NCBI GenBank assembly: GCA_019694155.1
Contig: JAIBCN010000230.1
Location: 3,536 to 67,535, forward strand
Reading direction: 5' to 3'
DNA from: Vicinamibacteria bacterium
GTDB lineage: Bacteria > Acidobacteriota > Vicinamibacteria > Fen-336 > JAGNNV01
Length of the DNA: 64,000 nt
Positions within the stretch are counted from its first letter, which is position 1. The number at the start of each line of letters is the position of its first letter. The notes under the pieces are model-generated. The model worked only from the letters and a program-made list of their open reading frames with translations. It did no database searches and was not told the origin of the DNA. This document shows, piece after piece, positions 19,250 through 27,878 of the stretch. The position numbers and the translations under genes were made by a program.

Positions 19250-19914
19250 TGGTGGTCCATCTGCGTCGCCGCGGCCACAGACTCGAAGGGCTGGTCAACC
19301 GGTTCTGTTGGCATATCGAGAAGACCCAGAAGTACGTGACTGTCGTCATGCCTGCGATTAAGCAGCAAGATGATCCGGGTGTCGAGCAGTACCTATTCCA
19401 GTCTCTGGCCTTGATGCTTCACTCCTACATGGAGGACTTTTTCAAGGGTGTCATCAGAACAGCGGCGCCAAATCGCCCGATGGAATTGCGTGAGCATATG
19501 AGCACGTACTATTCCGAGGACATCAAGGGATCTGGAACTCTTCACATTCTTGAGCTCGCCCGGATGGCCGCGAAGCGCGAGGTGTCGTTCGAAAGGAAGG
19601 CCGAACGACTGAAGCGGGTCTTTCGTGTGCTTTTCGACGCTGATCCGTTTTGCGACGCGGAAGCCGAGTCCGACTGCCTCGACCTAGTCGTGGTTCGAAA
19701 CACCATTACGCACGACGGGGCGTGGCCCGATGGAAGAGTCCACCAGAGCCTCTCCCGGAAAGACATCGTCGTCGAAACTACCCTCGTGAACGGGGCGAGC
19801 TTCTACACACTCCAGATTCCGCCGCAGTTCTTTGCGAACGTGCTGGCAGGCCTTGGCAGAAGCGTCCTCGATTTGGACCGGCAGCTCCGAGAACACCCGG
19901 TCTATCGAATATGA
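19249..19914 (+). CDS. HEPN-like domain protein (gene B; RNxxxHxG motif) - candidate RNase toxin / abortive-infection effector
   Basis: 221 aa. LDLVVVRNTITHDGAW matches the HEPN R-[NHQ]-x3-H-x-G signature. GC is markedly lower than the locus average. Translationally coupled to gene A. Confidence 0.4.
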   Translation: MVVHLRRRGHRLEGLVNRFCWHIEKTQKYVTVVMPAIKQQDDPGVEQYLFQSLALMLHSYMEDFFKGVIRTAAPNRPMELREHMSTYYSEDIKGSGTLHILELARMAAKREVSFERKAERLKRVFRVLFDADPFCDAEAESDCLDLVVVRNTITHDGAWPDGRVHQSLSRKDIVVETTLVNGASFYTLQIPPQFFANVLAGLGRSVLDLDRQLREHPVYRI

Positions 19915-19968
19915 CCTTGAAATCCCCGCAGCTGTCACAACAGAAGGGACCCCAGCCCAAGGAGAGGC

Positions 19969-20667
19969 GTGATGAGCCCAGATGCACCTCTGAATAGTCG
20001 CGACGTTGTCCTCCTGCCGTACCTGCGCCTTGTTGGCAGGCTCTCCGTGGGTCCTTGGGAAGTGATTCCGCGGCCCGAGCTGACGCGGGCTGACACCACG
20101 ACCCAGCAGGTGTTCGAGGTGGTGCCCAAGTATCTCGACCTCTATGCCATCCCGAAGCATCAACCAAGAGAGAAGTGGGGTTGCCTTGTGAAGAAGAAGG
20201 CCGTTCGCTTTGGCGACTTCGTGGAGCGGCACGAGCTGGTGCCAGTACACCATGCGATTCTGGTTGGTGTGCTCGCCAGCAACCCAGAAGCGAACGCGAG
20301 GAACCCCGGTCGCTCAATGTCGACGTCAGAGAGCTGCATGATGTTCGGCCACCCGATCAGCGAGGAAGGTCGAGTCTCGGTCGAAAACGGGGCGATGTTC
20401 CACCAGGTTGTCGTTGCCGGGCTCAGGCTGGGCGACGATGACGGCTACGTCAGCCACCCCACGTCGCTCTGCGCTCCTTGGGACGGCAACCAGGTTGACG
20501 AAGCTCTTGCAGCCGCGACGCATACTGCTTTGACGCTGGGCACGGAAGGCGCCCGGCGCCTGTCGACCGCGATTGAATGGCTCCAAACGGTCTGGATGAA
20601 TACCGAGGCTGTAAGTTGGGACGTGCGCGTCATGGCACTGAAGGCAGCCTGGGTGAGAGCCACGTGA
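19969..20667 (+). CDS. hypothetical protein (gene C)
   Basis: 232 aa with coding-like codon bias and lower GC than the flanks. No recognisable domain. Confidence 0.4.
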   Translation: MMSPDAPLNSRDVVLLPYLRLVGRLSVGPWEVIPRPELTRADTTTQQVFEVVPKYLDLYAIPKHQPREKWGCLVKKKAVRFGDFVERHELVPVHHAILVGVLASNPEANARNPGRSMSTSESCMMFGHPISEEGRVSVENGAMFHQVVVAGLRLGDDDGYVSHPTSLCAPWDGNQVDEALAAATHTALTLGTEGARRLSTAIEWLQTVWMNTEAVSWDVRVMALKAAWVRAT

Positions 20668-20884
20668 TGATCGCTCAAAGGCGGTTGTTGGAAGTCATTC
20701 GGAAGCTGGTCTAGACGGGCGCGATGATCGGAACGTCCGCCACCGCGACCTGGGCCAGCAGGGCAAGCTGTGCCTGCACCCGTTCTCTGGAGATTGCCCC
20801 GTGTTGAGTAGCGGGTGGGTCGGTGAGCGAGTGGTCGCACACGCGTGGTACGGGGGCGCGCCGTCGTTTGTGGCCTTGCACATG

Positions 20885-20960
20885 CGGGCTGTCGAGCCTC
20901 GCGCAGCCGGGCGTCCGTGGTCGCGATCCATCGCGCCTGGAGGCTCGGGGCGGCTCGGCG
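20885..20960 (+). other. conserved intergenic element, copy 2 (see 18415..18490)
   Basis: Aligned to copy 1. Located 220 nt downstream of gene C and 220 nt upstream of gene D. Confidence 0.3.
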
Positions 20961-21176
20961 GGGCTGTGACTGACGGCGTGCGGCTGAGTTGCCTTTCCGA
21001 GGACGCGAGTGGCCTGCTCGGGATGCTGGACTTCACTACGCGCCGCGTCAAGGCTGCTCCGCTGCGCTCCGCACTTTTTTGCTTCGCAAAAAAGCCTTCG
21101 GGCCTGGACACGGCCCTACGTGAAGTCGTGATGAGAGGGCGCAGGCCACTTTCGGCCTGCGGAAAGGCAACCTCTC

Positions 21177-21716
21177 ATGTACACGTCAACCACACAGCCC
21201 CGCAACGCAGGCCCCGAGCCAACGCCGCGGCTTTCGGGTTCTCCCTCGTTCGGCCTTCGCGTCCGCGTGGCACTCGATACCACGCAGCAGTACCTGTTCG
21301 GCAACGATGGTCCGTCGGTCCTCACTCGTCTGGCCGAGGAACTCTGCATTCAGATGGCACGCATCGTCGTCTGCGACTTTCGCATTCACTCTCGGCTGAA
21401 CCGCACGGTTCCGGCAGTTCTGCGGAACGTCCGTCTGAGCTTCTGGTCCTGCGCTCGGCGGGCGGCACTCGATACCTCGGCAGCTCTTGCGGCGGGCGCC
21501 AAGCGTCGCGTGGTCCAGTCGGATCTGGCTATCCAGGCGGCGAATCTCGCTCTGCGCATCGCGGATCTCTGCGAGAAGGCGGAGCAGTCGGTTCGTTCCG
21601 AGAAGCAGATCGTGGAGAACTACGATCGGGCTCGGCGTTCGGAGCTTTCGGCGATGCATCGCGATCGACGGGAGCAGGAAGCTCGGCGTCGTGCCGAAGC
21701 CGAGGAGTCGCTCTAA
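21177..21716 (+). CDS. hypothetical protein (gene D), translationally coupled to Avd-like gene
   Basis: 179 aa. The frame-0 translation is protein-like, whereas the overlapping long frame (ORF 20801..22231) is R/S/G-rich junk upstream of 21716. Stop overlaps the next ATG (TAATG). Confidence 0.4.
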   Translation: MYTSTTQPRNAGPEPTPRLSGSPSFGLRVRVALDTTQQYLFGNDGPSVLTRLAEELCIQMARIVVCDFRIHSRLNRTVPAVLRNVRLSFWSCARRAALDTSAALAAGAKRRVVQSDLAIQAANLALRIADLCEKAEQSVRSEKQIVENYDRARRSELSAMHRDRREQEARRRAEAEESL

Positions 21717-22231
21717 TGAGCGCTGAACTCTCACTTCAGCAGGCCGGGGCTTCCGCCCCGGCCGTTTCCGCTTCGCAGTCGGCCGCTGGGCCTGGTGCCG
21801 AGCTTGCAGCAGTCCTCGCCGGTTCGGCCGCGGCGGAGTCCGCCGCTCGCGAGGACTCGATCCTCCTCGACGCTGAGAAGCTCGAGGTCTACGCGTTGGC
21901 CTTGGAGCTTCACGCATTCGCCGCATCGAAGGTCCCCACGCTGAGCCGTGTCCTCAAGGACCAGCTTGAGCGTGCCAGCCTCAGCGTGGTCTTGAACATC
22001 GCAGAGGGCGGGGGCCGTCGAAGCCGCAAGGACAAGTCGCGGCACTACACGTACGCGCGAGGCAGCGCCACGGAGGTTGCTGCCTGCTTCGACGTGCTCA
22101 AGATCCGGAAGCTCGCTCCGGCGTCCGAGTGCGCTCGTGGCCGAACCCTCGCGCTGCGCGTGGTCCAGATGCTCACGAAGCTCTGCGCATCACTTCAGCC
22201 GAAGTCCACCGAAGCGCAGGAGGCGGCTTGA
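21716..22231 (+). CDS. four-helix-bundle protein (23S rRNA intervening-sequence / Avd-like family)
   Basis: C-terminal 120 aa (LEVYALALELHAFA..LKDQLERASLSVVLNIAEGGGRRSRKDKSRHYTYARGSATEVAACFDVLKIRKL) matches the four-helix-bundle, DGR-Avd-like family. The N-terminal Ala/Ser-rich extension leaves the start uncertain. Confidence 0.55.
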   Translation: MSAELSLQQAGASAPAVSASQSAAGPGAELAAVLAGSAAAESAAREDSILLDAEKLEVYALALELHAFAASKVPTLSRVLKDQLERASLSVVLNIAEGGGRRSRKDKSRHYTYARGSATEVAACFDVLKIRKLAPASECARGRTLALRVVQMLTKLCASLQPKSTEAQEAA

Positions 22232-22431
22232 GCCTCACGCAGTCGTGTTTCAACGCTCGTCAGGCTAAGGCAGGACTGCGTTCGTCTCTCAAGAAGGTGG
22301 CGGTCGGCCAGCCCTTTTCGTGGGCCGAACGCGTTTGTCGTCAATCCGGCCTTCGGCCGGAACGGAGACGGACGGGACACGGGGCACGTTGCACGGCCGA
22401 GGTGGTGCGGCTGGTGACCTCGCCTTCGGCT

Positions 22432-23868
22432 TCGTCACCCAGCCACACCCTCGGGTACGACCCCCTCTACCGCCTGACCCGCGCGGACCGCACGAACCCA
22501 GGCGCCACCCCGCCGAATCAGTGGACGTGGAGCTACGACGCGGTGGGCAACCGGACGAGCGCCCAGAAGGACAACGAGGCGACCACGTCCACCCACAACG
22601 AGAAGAACCAGCTGCTACAGACGAGCGGAGGGGGGAAGATGCTCTGGCGCGGAACGTTGAGCGAGCCCGGGACGGCGACGTTTAGCGCAGCCTCGGCGTC
22701 GATCAACGGCCAGCCCGCGAGGATGCTTGCGGGGAACGTGTTCGAAGCGACGCTGGATCTGCCCGCGGGAGCGAACACGGTGACGATTCAAGCGCAGGAC
22801 GGGAGCGGGAATGTGTCGAGCAAGAGCTACACGGTGAACGTGCTCGGCTCTCCCGCGACCTACACCTACGACGCGAACGGCAACCTCGCGACGAAGACGG
22901 AAGGCGCGGACGCGTGGGTCTACACCTGGAACGCGCTGAATCAGCTGATTGCGGTAACGAAGAACGGCGTGACGCAGGCGACGTATGCCTACGACCCTGC
23001 CGGAAGGCGCGTTCAGAGATCGGCGAGCGTGACCACGACTTGGACCTACGACGACGAAGACGTCATTCGCCAGGCTGCTGGTCCCGTGGTATCGCTTGTT
23101 CTTCACGGGCCCGGCGTCGACGAGACGCTTGCAACTGAGGCACAGGGGATTACGACGTTCCTGCAAGTGGACGGCCTCGGATCCATTGTTCGTCATACGT
23201 CAACGTCTGGCGCCGTCGCGCAATCCGTTGGGTACGATGCTTGGGGCGTTGCCACTAGCACGGCCCCAGACACGTATGGTTTCACGGGAAGAGAGTGGGA
23301 CGCCGATGTGGCTCTCTATTACCTCCGCGCACGGTGGTACGACCCGAGGAGCGGCGGTTTCCTTGGGCCGGACCCGTCGATGACCCCTGGCCTTCCCGGA
23401 CACTACCTTTATGTGGGTGCCAACCCAACGGGATTCAGGGATCCGTCGGGACTGAAGCGCGAAGCGACGTGGATCGACCCGCCGGGCATCAAGGACTTCT
23501 CAGCTACGTATCAAGGGCCGATATATCCGGGGGAGTATTGGTCCCTCTTCCCGCCACAGGTCGGACTATATGGCGAATGGTGGCTCTTCAAAGGGAATGT
23601 CTCAGGGACAGTGAAATGCACGGATACTGACAAGTGTGCTGGGGATCAAACGAAGATCAAGAGTGTCAAGCTTCCGATCTGGAAGACCATTGGCATCGGG
23701 GTTGGAATGACAATGTATCCGTACATTCACTACATGAAGCGAGGCAAGCACATCATTGACGCCTTCCAGGAGGCCTACGACGCCTACTACAATTACTGGG
23801 TCCAGATCGCGAAGAACATGCTTGAAGATCCGATGACGTGGTGTCGAGTCCTCGGGGGGTTCAACTGA
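22432..23868 (+). CDS. orphan rhs C-terminal cassette (5'-truncated RHS core + alternative lower-GC C-terminal toxin domain)
   Basis: Homology to the main rhs begins at LGYDPLYRLTRADRT. The RHS core ends RARWYDPRSGGFLGPDP..DPSGL and is followed by a ~135-aa tip at about 50% GC with no motif recognised. There is no N-terminal signal or repeats. The upstream in-frame part of ORF 22129.. is probably non-coding. Confidence 0.7.
   Translation, partial: SSPSHTLGYDPLYRLTRADRTNPGATPPNQWTWSYDAVGNRTSAQKDNEATTSTHNEKNQLLQTSGGGKMLWRGTLSEPGTATFSAASASINGQPARMLAGNVFEATLDLPAGANTVTIQAQDGSGNVSSKSYTVNVLGSPATYTYDANGNLATKTEGADAWVYTWNALNQLIAVTKNGVTQATYAYDPAGRRVQRSASVTTTWTYDDEDVIRQAAGPVVSLVLHGPGVDETLATEAQGITTFLQVDGLGSIVRHTSTSGAVAQSVGYDAWGVATSTAPDTYGFTGREWDADVALYYLRARWYDPRSGGFLGPDPSMTPGLPGHYLYVGANPTGFRDPSGLKREATWIDPPGIKDFSATYQGPIYPGEYWSLFPPQVGLYGEWWLFKGNVSGTVKCTDTDKCAGDQTKIKSVKLPIWKTIGIGVGMTMYPYIHYMKRGKHIIDAFQEAYDAYYNYWVQIAKNMLEDPMTWCRVLGGFN
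22451..22935 (+). repeat. direct repeat (copy 2) of rhs segment 16448..16935
   Basis: See copy 1. Identity decays gradually 3' of about 22935 while protein-level RHS-core similarity continues. Confidence 0.8.
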
Positions 23869-23869
23869 C

Positions 23870-24223
23870 ATGCGCGGGCAGGGACTAGTCAAGGTTGGAC
23901 TTGGAGTGGCCTTGCTCGTCGCGTTTGGCGTCGTAGGCACCCTGGCCGTTCTCGCGCTCGACGGTCACTTTGCCGTCGCTCGACCCGAGCTGGAATGCGA
24001 GATCGTCAGGCGGATTGCGGCGAGCAGCACACTGGATGGAACCCCCATTTCGTCAGTCTGGGAGATCAAGGTCGCGCAAGGGCGAGTGGAGAAGTTCACG
24101 TTTCAAGGGTCTCCACCCTTGCACGCTGGCGACCGCGTCAAGGTCCGCTACGTCGAGGCGAGGCTCTCCGGAGAGAAGGGCGTCACCTCCTATTACATCA
24201 TCCAAAGACACCCGGTGCCGTAG
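23870..24223 (+). CDS. putative immunity protein for orphan toxin (membrane-anchored)
   Basis: Starts 2 nt after the orphan stop. 117 aa with N-terminal TM helix VGLGVALLVAFGVVGTLAVLAL. Confidence 0.45.
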   Translation: MRGQGLVKVGLGVALLVAFGVVGTLAVLALDGHFAVARPELECEIVRRIAASSTLDGTPISSVWEIKVAQGRVEKFTFQGSPPLHAGDRVKVRYVEARLSGEKGVTSYYIIQRHPVP

Positions 24224-24508
24224 ATTGTGCGTCGAGCGGTCCCGCGTCGGTTGACCTAGAGTGAGGCGCAATGACTGCCAAGGCGAAGAAACCCGAGCCA
24301 CTCTTCAACGTTGGTGATCCAGGGATTCTCCGGACGGGGAACTGACAAATGGGAGTTGTAGGGCGAATCCGTACGCCCCATTAGGCGAGTTTGGACCCGC
24401 AGAGACCAGACGCCGCGACGCTCTCCGCCGACCTGTTTGCCTTCTGAGCCGAGTTCTGGCTGCTCGAGCGCAGCTCCGCCCAGGGTCACTCGTTCGGAGA
24501 CCGTCGGC

Positions 24509-25735
24509 CTATGCGGGCTGGAGGTAGGGAAATCGACGCGCGACCCGATCGAGCCACGCGACGCGCATTGGCGGCGGTCCGTGATTGATGCCGGGTCTTG
24601 CGCGTGGCGGCTGGATGGCGGTCGCGGCCTTCGGTTGGACTCCGGCCAAACGCTCAGCCGGAGTGGCGCCATCGAGAGAGTAGATCGGTCGCTGGTAGGT
24701 GTAGTAGTTCAGGGCCGCGGCGAGCCGCTCTTCGAAGTCTGACAGCGTGAGCGGCTGCGCGAGGGGAAGGCCCATCAGCCAATCGAGAGTTCTCCAGAAG
24801 CGCTCGATGAGCCCGGTGATCGTGGTCCTGCCCGGGCTGCCGAGGCGTATCCGCGAACCCAGGCGCTTGGCTGCCATTCTGAAGGCGCCCTTGAACTCCG
24901 GTCCTCCGTCTATGGCGACGTACCGCGGCCTTCCCCAGGCTGCGGCTACGCGCTTCAGCAGCCTTGCTGCCGCGTCCGCGGTCGGAGGCGTCGCCGAGGC
25001 GTGGATGCCGAGTGGAGCCTGGGAGTAGGCGTCAAGGACCCCAGTGACCCAGAACTTCCGGAAGCCGAGGAAGCTCTTCACCTCGTGAGAGTCGAGGATG
25101 AAGACATGGCCAACGAACGTCGCCTTGAGGGGCATGCGGCTCGAGGAATCCGGAAGGTCGGGTGAGGCTTCCGTGGGTTCGCTCTTGAGGACGCTCTCCA
25201 CGTAGCTCTTCGAGACCTTCCATCCACCACGCGCGACGTGGGCCGCGATCTGATGAGCGCGTCCGAGGTGGAGGCGTTCCGCCAGGCGCACCAGCGCGCG
25301 GACGACATCGGCGTATCGGCGGATGGGCGGGTCGGGTTGGATGTCGGGGCCGACGGTTTGCCGCGCGGGATCGGCGGCGTCTTCCCACCGTGTGAAGGTG
25401 GTGGGAGTGACGACGAACTGAGCGGCGGCCTCCTCGATCGACCAGCCCATTGTCTGACGCAACTGGAGGGCCTTGAAGCGCGCAGGGCCGGAGTAATGGG
25501 GACGCTTCTTGGGAGCGATCTTCCGAAGCCGCGTCTGGAACGTCTCGACCATCTCGGTGAGGATTCCGTTCCGGGTTTCGAGTTCCTTGATGCGGGCAAG
25601 GGCCATCGTGAGCGCATCATCAGAGAGGCGGAGGCGCCGGAGTTGAGCGTCGAGGGCACAGCCCAGGATGCGAACGGCTCTCAAAGTCGCCTTGGACGCA
25701 ATCTTCTCGGCAGCCTCGTGAATGCGCAGGTTCAT
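24509..25735 (-). CDS. DDE transposase (integrase-core rve domain; IS481/IS3-superfamily-like)
   Basis: Start MNLRIHEAAEKIA. N-terminal HTH with coiled coil, and C-terminal rve/rve_3-like YTYQRPIYSLDGATPAERL. Confidence 0.7.
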   Translation of the reverse strand: MNLRIHEAAEKIASKATLRAVRILGCALDAQLRRLRLSDDALTMALARIKELETRNGILTEMVETFQTRLRKIAPKKRPHYSGPARFKALQLRQTMGWSIEEAAAQFVVTPTTFTRWEDAADPARQTVGPDIQPDPPIRRYADVVRALVRLAERLHLGRAHQIAAHVARGGWKVSKSYVESVLKSEPTEASPDLPDSSSRMPLKATFVGHVFILDSHEVKSFLGFRKFWVTGVLDAYSQAPLGIHASATPPTADAAARLLKRVAAAWGRPRYVAIDGGPEFKGAFRMAAKRLGSRIRLGSPGRTTITGLIERFWRTLDWLMGLPLAQPLTLSDFEERLAAALNYYTYQRPIYSLDGATPAERLAGVQPKAATAIQPPRARPGINHGPPPMRVAWLDRVARRFPYLQPA

Positions 25736-26122
25736 GAGGCGAGCATGGCGGACCGAGCGTGCCTGGCCCTCAGGCGCGGTACCGCGGGGCGCGAGGACCC
25801 CGCGGGCGGAGGCCAAAGCACCGTTCCCGAACGGAGTGGGGCCCAAGGCTCCTCTGAGTCAAAGCGGGGCGGTCAGCCCCGCTCCATTCATTGAAGACGA
25901 CATTGGGCCCCACGTATGTGAGGGAACGCCCGGGTGCTTTGGCCGCAGCATGACCACGCGGCCGCGGTGTTCACGGATGGCCCGCGGTCGGCGCGGTGGC
26001 TTTCGCGGGATTGCTTCGTCGCACTACCGACGGAATGGCTCCTCGCAATGACGGGGGGTGCCTCTCCCCGAAGCGCGGAGGAGGCTGGGCGGTGCGGTTC
26101 GCAATGACGTGGGCGGGGCGTT

Positions 26123-26900
26123 TCACCTCACCGAGGAGCGTCGCTCGCGAAAGTGCTCGCGCCATTCGGCGGAGCGGTAGCGGATGACCTTGAGCAGCGC
26201 GAGATCGACTCGCTTCGCGTCGCCGAGGGCTTCGGCGTCGTAGAGGTCGAAGCCGTCGGGCTGGAAGGAGAGGGTCAGGTACTGGCCGTATTGAACCGCG
26301 TTCTGCATGTCCTCGAAGCTCGGGACGTCGCCGCCGGTCCAGTTGCCGTTCGCGTCGTGGGGGGCGTGGGTGTGCCAGCCTCCCACGTAGCGGCCATGCC
26401 AGTCGGTGCTGGTGATGAGGGCCAGTTGTTCCTCGGGGCCGAGGGAGTAGGTGGGGGCGGCGTTTTGGGCCACGGTGAGAAGGGCGCGCCTCACTTCCTC
26501 TGCGCTGCCGGGTGAGCCGAGGCGGAAGCGCGCCACTGCGACTTTGATGAGGCCGTGGGTGTCGACCTTGGCGACTTCGGCCGCGCGGGTTTCGCACAGC
26601 GAGGCGATGGCTTTGGGGTCTCCGGCGACTTTGACGAGGTCCTGGACCGTCGACCACCGCGGGTCGCGGGCCTCGACTAGGCGCAGCTCCTTGTCGATGG
26701 TCGCTTCGCCTCCGGTTTCCGGGGTGAGCCACTTGGGACCGATCCGCACGCCGCGCTCGATCATGGCCTCGAAGAGCGCGCGGATCCGATCGACGGAGGC
26801 GGGTGAGAGAGCGGCCGCGCGGAGCTGGCGTGGGTGATGGGGTTGTTCTTCGGGGCGGCGAGGCCATGCCACTGGTCGAGGCGCGAGAGGGTTCGCGCCA
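26123..26900 (-). pseudogene. fragment (C-terminal ~260 aa) paralogous to secreted protein gene 29076..30146, fused in frame to a truncated transposase
   Basis: About 88% nt identity to 29121..29880. Homology breaks, with a frameshift, near 26860-26900. Confidence 0.5.
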
Positions 26901-27039
26901 TGGTGGCTGAGACTTTGATCGCACCGGCGGCCTGGCGGGATTGCTTCGTCGGGCGGTCTACCGAACCCTCCTCGCAATGATGGAGGAGTGTCTCGTTGAT
27001 TCCTTGCCCCGACCGACATCGCGACCGATGGCATGGGCG

Positions 27040-27787
27040 GGCTCGCCGAGGCGTGGATGCCGAGTGGAGCCTGCGAGTAGGCGTCGAAAACGCCAGTGAT
27101 GAAGAACTTCCGGAAGCCGAGGAAGTTCTTCACCTCGTGAGAGTCGAGGATGAAGACATGGCCAACGAACCTGGCCTTGAGGGGCATGCGGCTCGATGAA
27201 TCGGGCAGGTCGGGCGAGGCCTCCTCGGGCTCGCTTCTGAGCACGCTCTCGACGTAGCTCTTGGAGATCTTCCAGCCGCCACGCGCGACGTGAGCGGCGA
27301 TCTGGTGGGCGCGTCTCATGCCGAGGCGCTCGGCAAGGCGCACCAAATTGCGAACAACGTCGGCATACCGCCGGATGGGCGGGTCGGTTTGGATGTCGGG
27401 TCCCACGGTTTGTCGAGCGGGGTCGGCGGCGTCCTCCCACCGCGTGAAGGTGGTGGGAGTGACGAGGAATTGAGCGGCGGCTTCCTCGATCGACCAGCCC
27501 ATAGTCTGGCGCAGCTGGAGAGCCCTGAACCGCGCGGGGCCGGAGTAGTGGGGACGCTTCTTGGGAGCGATCTTCCGAAGCCGCGTCTGGAACGTCTCGA
27601 CCATCTCGGTGAGGATTCCGTTCCGGGCTTCGAGTTCCTTGATTCGGGCGACGGCCTGCGTGAGCGCGTCATCGGAGATGCGGAGGCGACGGAGTTGTGA
27701 ATCGAGGACCCGGGCGAGGATCCGAACGGCTCCGAGTGTCGCTCTTGTGGCGATGGCCTCGGCCGCATCGTGCAGGCGCAGGTTCAT
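27040..27787 (-). pseudogene. truncated transposase paralog (N-terminal ~250 aa only; catalytic rve core missing)
   Basis: Start MNLRLHDAAEAIA. About 80-85% nt identity to 24985..25735 and ends abruptly at about 27040. Part of chimeric ORF 26123..27931. Confidence 0.55.
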
Positions 27788-27878
27788 GAGGAGAGCACCC
27801 CCTTTTGCAGGTTCCCGAAGGGGATCGGCTCGCAAGGAAGACCGAGCGCATTTCGCCAAGGACGGAATGGCTCCGCCC

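Noticed and set aside
20668-22231. Possible diversity-generating retroelement (Avd-like gene plus repeated ~70-nt element as template/variable repeat)
   Set aside because: No reverse-transcriptase ORF (no YxDD-containing protein) occurs anywhere nearby. The mismatches between the two repeat copies are not confined to adenines, and neither copy lies at the 3' end of a target gene.
20801-22231. 476-aa ORF spanning the C-D intergenic region, gene D and the Avd-like gene
   Set aside because: Upstream of 21716 its translation is Arg/Ser/Gly-rich low-complexity sequence. An alternative frame (gene D) is protein-like there, so only the last ~170 codons are taken as real.
22129-22431. 5' portion of ORF 22129..23868 as coding sequence of the orphan rhs
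   Set aside because: Homology to the main rhs, both nucleotide and protein, begins only at about 22432. The upstream in-frame translation (..RSAGGGLSLTQSCFNARQAKAGLRS..) is not RHS-like, so it is treated as non-coding lead-in.
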